Shown here piece after piece: positions 46,293-56,228 of a DNA stretch of 64,000 nucleotides. Under the pieces are notes generated by a model that saw only the letters and a program-made list of their open reading frames with translations, ran no database searches and was not told the DNA's origin. Origin of the DNA: a virus. Numbering within the stretch: the stretch's first letter is position 1; each line of letters opens with the position of its first letter. The position numbers were made by a program, and so were the translations under genes. The stretch spans positions 1 through 64,000 of IMG/VR virus record IMGVR_UViG_3300035698_012128, one strand, 5' to 3'.

Positions 46293-47555
46293 ATGTTTGG
46301 AATAGATATACCAACAATAGAAGATATAGTAAATTTTGTCAAAATTCAAATGACAACAAATCAATGGTTCCAAACCGTTGGTTTCTTTGGAGTTTTAGCG
46401 GCAGTATGGCAGTATGCCAGAGCATGGCCTTCATATATATGGACCCGAATAAGAAGGAAAATAGTATTTACAGCACATATAGAGCAATATAGTGAGTTTT
46501 TTAAATACATGGAGAGGTATATTGATGATCACTACAAAAAATCATATAGGAATGTAGAGGTGTTAATTAAAAGACAACCAGCTCAAGAAGTATTTATTAT
46601 AGGTTCAGATAATAACGAGAAAAATAAAAAAAGTTTAGTATATAAACATTTCCAAGATTTGTTTTTTATACCCATTGGTCTTACTATTCTTAAAATTAGT
46701 AAAGATAGAGATAAACTAGAAAACGCTCACCATATAGATACTACTTTTATAAATAGTTACACTATAACTGGATTATTTGCTCAGAAATCAATAGATGCAT
46801 TATTAAAGAAAATATATGATTATAATATTGATTTAGAAGAACAGGAAGAAAATAGAACAAGAATCCACATTCATAATAAAGATTATTGGGAACCTATAAA
46901 TAATATTGTCCCTAAAAATTTAAATAATATAATACTAGAAGGTAAACAAGAATTATTAGATGATCTTGACGCATTTCATAGTAATAAAAAATGGTATACG
47001 GATCGAGCAATTAAGTATAGTAGAGGTTACCTATTTGATGGTGAACCTGGTAATGGGAAGACATCATTAGCATTAGCAATAGCCAAACATTACAATAAAG
47101 ATATATTCATACTGAATCTGAATCAAGTAAATAATAGTGAATTGATATCATTATTTTCAGAAATAAATAGAGATTCATTACTATTAATAGAAGATATTGA
47201 TGTTTTCTTCCAGCATGATAATACTCGAAAGTTAAGTAAGGGAGAATTAGATTTCTCAACATTACTTAATTGTCTTGATGGGGTATTTAGCGCCGATGAT
47301 ATTGTAACCATATTTACAACAAATCATAAAGAGGCATTAGATAGTGCATTAACTAGGAGTGGGAGAATTGATTACCATAAAACTATAAATAACCCTAAAT
47401 GTAAAGAGGTATCAGAGTACTTATCTATATTTTACGATACTGATATTAAAGTGAAAGTGGATAATAAAAAATATTGTATGTCTGATATACAGAATTTTTG
47501 TTTATCGTTTAAAGAAAATCCGGATGCAGTTATTAGTATAATCAATAAACAATAG
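46293..47555 (+). CDS. BCS1-like membrane-anchored AAA+ ATPase
   Basis: N-terminal TM, WY...I.Y.RGYLFDGEPGNGKTS, IEDID, LLNCLDG, TTNH, R.GRID. Confidence 0.85.
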   Translation: MFGIDIPTIEDIVNFVKIQMTTNQWFQTVGFFGVLAAVWQYARAWPSYIWTRIRRKIVFTAHIEQYSEFFKYMERYIDDHYKKSYRNVEVLIKRQPAQEVFIIGSDNNEKNKKSLVYKHFQDLFFIPIGLTILKISKDRDKLENAHHIDTTFINSYTITGLFAQKSIDALLKKIYDYNIDLEEQEENRTRIHIHNKDYWEPINNIVPKNLNNIILEGKQELLDDLDAFHSNKKWYTDRAIKYSRGYLFDGEPGNGKTSLALAIAKHYNKDIFILNLNQVNNSELISLFSEINRDSLLLIEDIDVFFQHDNTRKLSKGELDFSTLLNCLDGVFSADDIVTIFTTNHKEALDSALTRSGRIDYHKTINNPKCKEVSEYLSIFYDTDIKVKVDNKKYCMSDIQNFCLSFKENPDAVISIINKQ

Positions 47556-47604
47556 CTTTCTTTCGTATATTATAATAATTAAAAAATAAATAAATAAATA
47601 TATA

Positions 47605-48294
47605 TTGGAAAATAGAAGAAAAGAAACAGACCCTAGATCCTTAGAAATTTCATCTAATGGGAACTCGAACGGGCTATCTAATATCCCTACACAAACTCAA
47701 TCTCAAAAAGATAAGATGATTAAGAAAGCATCAAAGAAATTTGGTGAATTTTTAACTGAGTTGGGAGTAGATTGGGAAAGCGATCCTAATAGTGCTGAAA
47801 CACCCCAACGTGTGGCCAAAAAATATGTAAATGATTTATGGGCTGGGAGGTATGAATCACCACCTACTATTACAAGTTTCCCAAGTGATGGATACACAGG
47901 TATGGTTTTAGAGGCAAATATACCTTTAACTAGTATGTGTTCACATCATCATGAATCTATATTAGGGGTGGCTCATGTAGCTTATATACCTGGGGGTGAC
48001 AATAGGGTTATTGGGTTATCTAAAATTAATAGGTTGGTTGAGTATTTTGGAAGAAGAGGAGCCATTCAAGAGCAGTTAACTATGGCTATACATAATGCTA
48101 TGGATATCGTGTGTGAAGGTAATATAGGAGTAGCTGTTAGTGTTGTTGCTAAACATCAATGTGTATCTTGTAGAGGAACTAAACATCAAGGTGCTTCTAT
48201 GGTAACCAATCATATAACTGGGGTTTTTAAAGAAATAGCAGAAGTAAGAAAAGAGTATTTTGATTCTATTATGATGTCTGAAAATTTAAAATAG
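47605..48294 (+). CDS. folE: GTP cyclohydrolase I
   Basis: ETPQRVAK, SMCSHH, GLSKINR, IQEQLT, HQCVSCRG; TTG start. Confidence 0.95.
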   Translation: MENRRKETDPRSLEISSNGNSNGLSNIPTQTQSQKDKMIKKASKKFGEFLTELGVDWESDPNSAETPQRVAKKYVNDLWAGRYESPPTITSFPSDGYTGMVLEANIPLTSMCSHHHESILGVAHVAYIPGGDNRVIGLSKINRLVEYFGRRGAIQEQLTMAIHNAMDIVCEGNIGVAVSVVAKHQCVSCRGTKHQGASMVTNHITGVFKEIAEVRKEYFDSIMMSENLK

Positions 48295-48735
48295 ATGAAA
48301 TATAAAACAAAATATGATTGGGATTGGATTGAAAGTGCTTGTGCATTATTAGCTAAATCTGCTTTGGCAAATGATATTAAATTTATATCGGGGATACCAA
48401 GAGGAGGACTTATTCCGGCCGTTATAGTTTCTCATAAAACCGGTATTCCATACCACCCCTTTGGAGAATTAAAGTCTCTTACTGATATTGAGGGTGTAGA
48501 AAAGCATAATATACTTGTGATAGATGACATAGTAGATAGCGGAAGGACTATGAGTAAACTTGATAAAGAATATATAACGGCAAGTTTGGTATATGTAGAA
48601 AACAAATTGTTTACCCCTTATATTTATTATTTCACTAAATATAGCAAGGATTGGGTTCAATTCCCGTGGGAGATCGATAGTTCAGAAACAATTCAAGATT
48701 ATTTAAATAAAATAGATAAAATAAAAAATGGATAA
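48295..48735 (+). CDS. Purine phosphoribosyltransferase-like protein
   Basis: GIPRGGLIP, LVIDDIVDSGRT, WVQFPWE. Confidence 0.9.
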   Translation: MKYKTKYDWDWIESACALLAKSALANDIKFISGIPRGGLIPAVIVSHKTGIPYHPFGELKSLTDIEGVEKHNILVIDDIVDSGRTMSKLDKEYITASLVYVENKLFTPYIYYFTKYSKDWVQFPWEIDSSETIQDYLNKIDKIKNG

Positions 48736-49267
48736 TAATAGTAAATTAAGAATTTTAAGAGACATAAAACAGAATAAATATGTACCATTTGTCACTGAAG
48801 TGGAGAAGTTTAATAATAGTATGGGTAAACCAAATAACAATACCCCGAACATCCCTAACATAAAAGCTTGGGAATTTGTTTATAATTTTATTATAGAGGA
48901 AAATAATGAATACAAAGAGGCCTGTATTGATAAAGATATTGTGGGTGTTTTAGATGCATTATGTGATATTATATACGTGGGTGTTGGTAATTTAGCTATG
49001 TTGCACGGCCTTAAAGATAAATTAATACCGGCATACGCCGAAGTTCAAGCATCTAATATGTCTAAATCATGCACTACAGAAGAAGAAGCCGCAGAAACTG
49101 TTAAAGAAAGGAGTGAAGAATTGCAAGTTGATTGTCATTACGAAAAGGTGGGAATGCACTGGGTAGTTTATAGGAGTAGTGACAAAAAAGTGATGAAAAG
49201 TATAAAATACTTTGCACCAAACTTGAAACAATTTTTCACACAACAAGAATTAGATAATATAAAATAA
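48728..49267 (+). CDS. MazG-like / all-alpha NTP pyrophosphohydrolase
   Basis: EENNEY, DALCDIIYV, EVQASNMSK, KVMK. Confidence 0.8.
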   Translation: MDNNSKLRILRDIKQNKYVPFVTEVEKFNNSMGKPNNNTPNIPNIKAWEFVYNFIIEENNEYKEACIDKDIVGVLDALCDIIYVGVGNLAMLHGLKDKLIPAYAEVQASNMSKSCTTEEEAAETVKERSEELQVDCHYEKVGMHWVVYRSSDKKVMKSIKYFAPNLKQFFTQQELDNIK

Positions 49268-49287
49268 TTTATTACTGTTATATACAC

Positions 49288-50553
49288 ATGAATAATAATA
49301 AAAACACAATATTCGTACAAATAGCATCCTATAGAGATCCTGAATTATATAATACATTGACTGATCTGTTGGAAAAAGCAAAATACCCCAATAACCTGCA
49401 TGTATGTGTCGCCAATCAATTTGGTAGGGAAGATTCTGATGGTGATTTAGATGTTTTTCGCAAGATGAAAAATTTCCTTATCATGGATATACCCTGCAGC
49501 CAGTCAAAAGGAGCTTGTTGGGCAAGAAACACGATCCAACAAGAATATGATGGTCAAAAATATACATTACAGTTAGATTCCCATCATCGATTTGTTGAAG
49601 ATTGGGATGTTAAATGTATAAAAATGATTAAGGATTTACAAAAAGAGGGGAGTGAAAAACCACTATTAACTTCATACTTACCATCATATGATCCTGAAAA
49701 TGATCCGAAAGGGAGGGTAATGGAACCTTGGTGGATGCAATTTGATAGATTTATACCTGAAGGTGCGGTATTCTTCCTACCAGCAAATATACCAGTCGAG
49801 AATAGAAATAAACCAATTCCCGCCAGGTTTTACTCTGCTCATTTTTGTTTTACATTAGGACAGTTTGCCATAGAGGTACAACATGACCCTGAATTCTACT
49901 TTCATGGTGAAGAAATAAGTATAGCAGTTAGAGCTTACACTCATGGGTATGATTTATATCACCCTCATCAGATTATAGCATGGCATGAGTATACTAGGAA
50001 AGGTAGAACTAAGCAGTGGGATGATGATAAAGATTGGGGGAAGAAAAATACATTATCACATAAAAGGAATAGAATGTTGTTTGGGATGGATGGTGAATGT
50101 TCACCATGTGAACAAGCAACCTTAGGAAGATTTGGTTTTGGCATAAAACGAACATTAGATGATTATGAGAGGTATGCTGGGTTAAGATTTATGGATAGAT
50201 CAGTTCAAATGTATACTGTTAACAATTATTTTGCCCCAAATCCAGTTATAGACGATTACGAAGAATACAATAATTCATTTATCAATTTATTCAAACATTG
50301 TATAGATGTAGGGTTTGCTCAAGTCCCTAAAAATGATTATACATTTTGGGCAGTAATATTTGAGGATAAAGATGGTAATTCATTATATAGAGAAGATGCA
50401 GATGAAGTAGAAATTAGAAAGGTAAAAAATGATCCTGATGGGTATTGTAAAATATGGAGGACATTTAATACAGATATTAAACCACATAAATGGATAGTTT
50501 GGCCTTTCTCAGCTGAAAATGGTTGGGAAGACCAAATAACCGGATTATTATAA
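49288..50553 (+). CDS. GT60-like (Skp1/polypeptide GlcNAc-transferase family) glycosyltransferase
   Basis: IFVQIASYRD, GACWAR, LQLDSHHRF...WD, FHGEE, HGYDLY.P. Confidence 0.8.
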   Translation: MNNNKNTIFVQIASYRDPELYNTLTDLLEKAKYPNNLHVCVANQFGREDSDGDLDVFRKMKNFLIMDIPCSQSKGACWARNTIQQEYDGQKYTLQLDSHHRFVEDWDVKCIKMIKDLQKEGSEKPLLTSYLPSYDPENDPKGRVMEPWWMQFDRFIPEGAVFFLPANIPVENRNKPIPARFYSAHFCFTLGQFAIEVQHDPEFYFHGEEISIAVRAYTHGYDLYHPHQIIAWHEYTRKGRTKQWDDDKDWGKKNTLSHKRNRMLFGMDGECSPCEQATLGRFGFGIKRTLDDYERYAGLRFMDRSVQMYTVNNYFAPNPVIDDYEEYNNSFINLFKHCIDVGFAQVPKNDYTFWAVIFEDKDGNSLYREDADEVEIRKVKNDPDGYCKIWRTFNTDIKPHKWIVWPFSAENGWEDQITGLL

Positions 50554-50554
50554 T

Positions 50555-51439
50555 ATGAGAGGTAACACAGTATTTGTAACATGCATATATAATAATTTAT
50601 ATGGTACTGAACTTGGAGGTAGAAATAATAGACAACATCATTATTTTCACTCACTGAACAATATTATAAAGAAGACCCCAAATTCAGATTTTATAATATA
50701 TACCTCACCTGATGAGTATGAGGATATAAAATTATCATTCCCTTATAATAATTGTAAAATTCAACAGTATGATCTGAATAATAATTATTTCCAAAAAGAG
50801 TTTGATAAATACAAAGACAGAAAATCGGCACAGACATCAGATAGATGCTTTGAAATACAATATTCTAAATTCTACTGGATGTATCTCGCCCTATATGATG
50901 AAAACATATATAAAAATATATATTGGATAGATGCGGGATTAAGCTATTCTGGATTAATACCTGATAAATATCTAGAATGTAAAGGTTTAAGTTGGGGGGG
51001 TGATGATTACTACAAATCAGAATTATTTAACGATAAATTTACTTCCAATTTAAATAAATTTACAAAGTCAAAAATCCTATTTATTGCAAAAGAAAATATG
51101 AAAAATTTCTGGAGTCAGGAAATGGTAGAATATATGGATTATGATCAACAACACCATATTATTGGTGGATTATTTGGTGGGAGGAGATCGAAAGTATTAA
51201 GTATGACTGCAGGTTTGATACCTCTTATTAAAGCAAAGATTAATGAGGAGAAAACCATACAATGGAGTGAAGAGCAATTCATGACATTGTATTATTATCT
51301 TAACAAATCTAGAGCAAGAATAAAAACATTTGATACTTGGTGGCATGAAAATAATTATGCTAATGCAGAAGAGATACCTTCTGATATATACTTTAGTGAT
51401 AAAAAAAGTTTCTATAATATATTAGAAGAATTACAGTAA
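50555..51439 (+). CDS. HtrL/WlaTC-like glycosyltransferase
   Basis: SKF, YWIDAG, GGLFGG, EEQ. Confidence 0.7.
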   Translation: MRGNTVFVTCIYNNLYGTELGGRNNRQHHYFHSLNNIIKKTPNSDFIIYTSPDEYEDIKLSFPYNNCKIQQYDLNNNYFQKEFDKYKDRKSAQTSDRCFEIQYSKFYWMYLALYDENIYKNIYWIDAGLSYSGLIPDKYLECKGLSWGGDDYYKSELFNDKFTSNLNKFTKSKILFIAKENMKNFWSQEMVEYMDYDQQHHIIGGLFGGRRSKVLSMTAGLIPLIKAKINEEKTIQWSEEQFMTLYYYLNKSRARIKTFDTWWHENNYANAEEIPSDIYFSDKKSFYNILEELQ

Positions 51440-51445
51440 AATAAT

Positions 51446-53104
51446 ATGAGTAAAACAACAATAGTAACCTCTTTATATGATTTAAATAGAGGTGATTTAG
51501 ATAATAATTTTAAACGCTCATTCGATGATTATGTAAATAATTTTAAAAAATTACTACTAGGTGATTATAATTTATATATATATTTGGATCAAAAACTAGC
51601 AGATGAATTATCATTAATATTAACAAGTCCTAATATCTATCTGAAGATAATGGAGTTAGATGAATTGAAAGAATGGTTTGGGTTTTACAATGATGTTAAT
51701 GAAATTAGAAAGAAAAATGATTGGAGATCACAGGCCGATTGGTTAAAAGATTCACCCCAAGCTAATTTAGATATGTACAATCCATTAGTTATGTCTAAAA
51801 TGTTTATGTTGAATGATGCTAGTATATATAATCCTCACCAATCTGAATATTTTTATTGGATAGATGCGGGTATAAGTAATACTGTTCATCCCGGTTATTT
51901 CTATCACGATAAGGTATTTGGTAACTTAGAAAGTTATATTAAAAGTATAGACAATAAATTTACTTTTATATCATATCCTTATGAAAACGATGTTGAAATT
52001 CATGGTTTCGAAAGAAAAGGTATGAATATATTCTGCCAATCAGACGATATAAATTATGTGTGTAGAGGAGGGTTTTTTGGTGGTAGGAAAAAAGAAATTA
52101 ATGAATTAAATAGTCTGTATTGGAGTTTATTAAGTGATACTTTAGATAAAGGATATATGGGTACTGAGGAAAGTATATTTACCATAATGTCTTATTTATC
52201 ACCCCATAACATACATAGATTTGAAATAAGTGGGGATGGTTTGGTTTGGCCCTTCTTCGAGTATATTAAAGATAAAGAATGGGAAGATGTAAAAGTTGAG
52301 CATCCGTATTTGTATATATTAACTTATAATTCTCCAAATCAACTTCAAACATTACTTAATAGTTGTATTGATTATGATCCTCAATTAATGGATATGAACT
52401 TGGTATTAATCAATAATTCAACAGATAGAAGTTTAGATGATAAATATAATGACATATGCGTAGCTTATGGTATCGAAGAAATAAAATACGATAATATTGG
52501 GATATGTGGTGGACGGCAAGCAGTAGCCGAACATTTCAATAATACAGGATCTGATTTTTATTTGTTTTTTGAGGATGACATGAATTTTTACATAGAAAAG
52601 CCACCAAAACCATGTAAACTCGGGTTTAATAGATCGACACCTAATATTTTAAATCGCATATTAGAGATAATGATCAAAGAAAAATATGACTTTATTAAAT
52701 TATCATTTACCGAATTTTTTGGTGATAACTCGGTTCAATGGGCCTGGTATAACATACCTCAAGAAGTAAGAGATAAATATTTTCCTAATCAAAATAAATT
52801 ACCTGAACATGGTTTGTCTCCAAATCCTCCATTAGTAGAATTTGATAATATTAATTTTATACATGATTTGGGGTATGTGAGTGGAGATGTTTACTATGAT
52901 AATTGGCCTGCTATGTTTTCGAGAGAGGGGAACAGAAAAGTATTTTTAGAAACAAAGTGGGCACATCCATTCGAACAAACATGGATGTCTTATGTATTTC
53001 AGAAACAACAAGAAGGTGAAATAAATTCAGCAGTATTATTATTATCACCAATAGAACATGATAGATTTGAACACTATCCTGCAGATGAAAGAAGAGAAAA
53101 TTAA
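51446..53104 (+). CDS. HtrL-like domain fused to a GT-A glycosyltransferase domain
   Basis: TTIVT.LYDL.R, YWIDAG, GGFFGG, GTEES; second domain NIGICGGRQ, FFEDD. Confidence 0.72.
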   Translation: MSKTTIVTSLYDLNRGDLDNNFKRSFDDYVNNFKKLLLGDYNLYIYLDQKLADELSLILTSPNIYLKIMELDELKEWFGFYNDVNEIRKKNDWRSQADWLKDSPQANLDMYNPLVMSKMFMLNDASIYNPHQSEYFYWIDAGISNTVHPGYFYHDKVFGNLESYIKSIDNKFTFISYPYENDVEIHGFERKGMNIFCQSDDINYVCRGGFFGGRKKEINELNSLYWSLLSDTLDKGYMGTEESIFTIMSYLSPHNIHRFEISGDGLVWPFFEYIKDKEWEDVKVEHPYLYILTYNSPNQLQTLLNSCIDYDPQLMDMNLVLINNSTDRSLDDKYNDICVAYGIEEIKYDNIGICGGRQAVAEHFNNTGSDFYLFFEDDMNFYIEKPPKPCKLGFNRSTPNILNRILEIMIKEKYDFIKLSFTEFFGDNSVQWAWYNIPQEVRDKYFPNQNKLPEHGLSPNPPLVEFDNINFIHDLGYVSGDVYYDNWPAMFSREGNRKVFLETKWAHPFEQTWMSYVFQKQQEGEINSAVLLLSPIEHDRFEHYPADERREN

Positions 53105-53121
53105 ATTATAAAATTAAATTA

Positions 53122-54909
53122 ATGTACCAGGCAATATACACCAATTCTTACCAAAAAACAGGTATAAATAGTTATGTTAGAGATGATAAAAGAGGGTGGT
53201 TAACATTCCAGTATAAACCTTCTATTTATAAAGTAACACCTAAGGGTGAATTCAATACATTAGATGGTAAAAAAGTTGATAGAGTTGATAGTCAAGTATA
53301 TAAATGGGATAAAAATAAAAACCCACATGATTATTATGAAATAGATATACCTTGGGACACTAGAGTATTAGTTGAAGGCTATCTAGATCAAGATGAAGCA
53401 CCTTCATTCCATAATATAATGTTCTTTGATATTGAAACAGAAATATTAGAGTCTTTAGATTTTGATAGTATAAGAAATGCTGATAAACCAATAACATCAA
53501 TAGCATTGTATGATGTCAATGCTAAAGAATATATTTGCTATGTGTTAGATAGTGAAGAAATAATGGTAAATAGAAATTTAGATGGTAAAAAAATTATTAG
53601 AGCGAACAATGAGCAAAAGATGCTCGAGATGTTTTTAGAAAAATGGGTAGAAATAGACCCAACTATAACATCTGGATGGAATAGTTATTTTTTTGATATC
53701 CCATACTTATATTACAGAATGAAACGTGTTCTCGGAGAAAAACAAGCATCACGTTTATCACCTATAGGTATTATAAAAGAACAATATAGAGAAGGCTCTG
53801 AATTAATAATTGGTGGTGTTAATCATTTGGATTATATGTTGTTATTCAAGAAATATATAACAAAACAAGAACCATCATATGCGTTAAATGCCATAGGTAC
53901 TAAATACGTTGATTTAGGTAAATTAGAATATGAAGGTTCATTAGATAAACTTTTTAGGGATGATATAGATAAGTTTATTGATTACAATATACGAGATGTT
54001 GAAATATTAAAGGTGTTGGATGAAAAAATGCAATTTATATTATTAACAGTTAATATATGTCATTTATGTCATGTACCTTACAATAATATATACCAAGCTA
54101 CTTCATTAAATGAAGGTGCTATACTAACTTACTTAAAACGAAAAAATATAGTATCTCCAAATAAACCAACTACATATAATCCTGGACTAAAGGAGTTAAA
54201 TAAAAAACGTGCAGAACAACGATATAGTAACGGAGAAATAACAACAGAAGAACGAGACCGAATATTTGAGATAGCAGATTATGCTGGTGGTTATCTACTA
54301 GAACCAGTACCTGGGTTGTATGAGTGGGTATCTGATTTAGATTTTACATCATTATACCCATCTATAATTCGTAATTTAAATATGGGTATTGAGACCCTAT
54401 TATTTAGGGTTAAGAATAAAGATAAATACGACAATCAATTAGGATTGGATGATTTAAAACAATACCCCCCAGATGATATAGCTACCATTGAGAAAGTAGA
54501 TGAAAAGTTTAATATTGTATCATCCACAATACCATACGGTACTTTAGTAAAGTTGATCGAAGATAATAAATATATAGTATCAGCAAATGGAACTATATTT
54601 AGATCTGATAAAAATAGTGTTATAGTTGATGTATTGAATGATTGGTTCAACAAAAGAAAACATTATAAAAAACTTATGAAAGAATCTTACAAAGCGGGAG
54701 ATAAGGAAAAAGGTGAGTATTATAATAGATTGCAATTCACCTATAAGATTAAGTTGAATGATGTTTATGGAGTTTTTGCTCAATCAGGTTGGAGATATAC
54801 TGATGGTAATTTATTCATAAGTAAAGCGATTACATTAACCGGTCAAAGGTTAACCCAAGAAAGTATAAAATTTGTTAATAACGAAATAAATAAAGAATTA
54901 AATGAGTGA
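53122..54909 (+). CDS. Family B DNA polymerase, N-terminal part (exonuclease, motifs A and B)
   Basis: FDIET, GWNS..FD, YNIRD, DFTSLYPSII, KIKLNDVYG, ITLTGQ; lacks the DTDS motif. Confidence 0.92.
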   Translation: MYQAIYTNSYQKTGINSYVRDDKRGWLTFQYKPSIYKVTPKGEFNTLDGKKVDRVDSQVYKWDKNKNPHDYYEIDIPWDTRVLVEGYLDQDEAPSFHNIMFFDIETEILESLDFDSIRNADKPITSIALYDVNAKEYICYVLDSEEIMVNRNLDGKKIIRANNEQKMLEMFLEKWVEIDPTITSGWNSYFFDIPYLYYRMKRVLGEKQASRLSPIGIIKEQYREGSELIIGGVNHLDYMLLFKKYITKQEPSYALNAIGTKYVDLGKLEYEGSLDKLFRDDIDKFIDYNIRDVEILKVLDEKMQFILLTVNICHLCHVPYNNIYQATSLNEGAILTYLKRKNIVSPNKPTTYNPGLKELNKKRAEQRYSNGEITTEERDRIFEIADYAGGYLLEPVPGLYEWVSDLDFTSLYPSIIRNLNMGIETLLFRVKNKDKYDNQLGLDDLKQYPPDDIATIEKVDEKFNIVSSTIPYGTLVKLIEDNKYIVSANGTIFRSDKNSVIVDVLNDWFNKRKHYKKLMKESYKAGDKEKGEYYNRLQFTYKIKLNDVYGVFAQSGWRYTDGNLFISKAITLTGQRLTQESIKFVNNEINKELNE

Positions 54910-55102
54910 TAAAGAACATTTAAAGTGGATGTATAATAAGTTATCCAAAATACACGGGGAACATATTGGGTTTGACTACATGATTAAATTTAAAAAAATT
55001 ATTGATAATTATAATGTACCACAACTCATTGGTTTTGAAGAATTTTGGGTATTAGATGAAGATGGTAAATTAGATAGAATGGAAGAAGCTGATGGAAAAT
55101 AA
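54902..55102 (+). CDS. 66-aa hypothetical protein inserted between the PolB halves
   Basis: Overlaps the upstream stop and the downstream start. Confidence 0.6.
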   Translation: MSDKEHLKWMYNKLSKIHGEHIGFDYMIKFKKIIDNYNVPQLIGFEEFWVLDEDGKLDRMEEADGK

Positions 55103-55979
55103 AAGATATATTATAACAAGTGATACAGATTCATTGTTCTTCGAATTGAAGGACTTGATATTGAAACAATGTCCTGATATTGATATTAATTCAAGGGAAG
55201 ATGTTATACCCATAGCACTAGATATAACAGATAAATATCAGAAAAAAACTATACCATTTTTAGAGGAACTGTCTAGTTCTTTATTTAACGTACCTAATAG
55301 CTATTTTGAATTAAAACAAGAAGTGATATTAGAACGTGGTTATTTTTCAAAGAAACGTAGATATGCCCAATTTATAGTTAATAAAGAAGGCATACCAACA
55401 GAAGAATTAGATATGAAGGGGTTAGATTTAATGAAGTCTAATTTCCCTAAAATATTTAAGGATTTTGGGGAACAATTATTAATTGATGTATTATATGGTA
55501 AAACAAAATTATATGTTGATAAAAAAGTACTAGCGTTTAAATCATCTATTAAAACAATGGATTGGAAAGAACTACTCAAACCCACAGGATTAAAACATTT
55601 GGGTAAGTATATAGCATCCCCTCCCGAACCAGGTACTATATTTACTAAATTAAAAAGTAGATGTCCTATCAACACACGATCCGCTATATACTATAATGAT
55701 TTAATGAAATTTCACGGTTTAAACAAAATGTATCCATTATTTAATATAGGTGATAAAATGTATATTAGTTATTTAAAAAATAATGAGTATGGTATTAAAT
55801 GTATAGGATTTAATGGTTTTGATGATCCACCATTAATAAAGGAATTAATTAGTAAATATATTGACAAAGATGAATTATTTGATAGTGCATTGAAGAATAA
55901 AATTGAGGGATTGTATAGTGATTTAAGCTGGGGTGTACCTGTATGGAACGAGAGATTTAATAAATTTTTTAAATTTTAA
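55092..55979 (+). CDS. Family B DNA polymerase, C-terminal part (motif C, thumb)
   Basis: SDTDSLF, KKRRYA, KGLD. Confidence 0.92.
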   Translation: MENKRYIITSDTDSLFFELKDLILKQCPDIDINSREDVIPIALDITDKYQKKTIPFLEELSSSLFNVPNSYFELKQEVILERGYFSKKRRYAQFIVNKEGIPTEELDMKGLDLMKSNFPKIFKDFGEQLLIDVLYGKTKLYVDKKVLAFKSSIKTMDWKELLKPTGLKHLGKYIASPPEPGTIFTKLKSRCPINTRSAIYYNDLMKFHGLNKMYPLFNIGDKMYISYLKNNEYGIKCIGFNGFDDPPLIKELISKYIDKDELFDSALKNKIEGLYSDLSWGVPVWNERFNKFFKF

Positions 55980-56027
55980 AATTTTCTTTATTATATTTAA
56001 TTATATTAAAAAAATAAAAACAAGATT

Positions 56028-56228
56028 ATGGAATTAGAGATAGTAAATAGTGAAGATAAAAAAAGTGATGAAACTAGGTCAAATAAATCTTTAATGGAAA
56101 TGGTGTATATTAAAGGTATATCAACTCAAATAGACGAAATGAAATTCCCAAGAATTTCTAATTTAAATAGTCTATTAAATCAAATAGGTTATGAAATAAA
56201 AGAAATCAAGGTAAATGAAAGTAAATAG
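56028..56228 (+). CDS. Hypothetical protein
   Basis: 66-aa ORF. Confidence 0.5.
   Translation: MELEIVNSEDKKSDETRSNKSLMEMVYIKGISTQIDEMKFPRISNLNSLLNQIGYEIKEIKVNESK

Noticed and set aside
54890-55110. Split intein or group I intron in PolB
   Set aside because: No Cys/Ser-initiated intein N-part or His-Asn end; the gap is short, AT-rich, fully occupied by an ORF and lacks recognisable P7 elements
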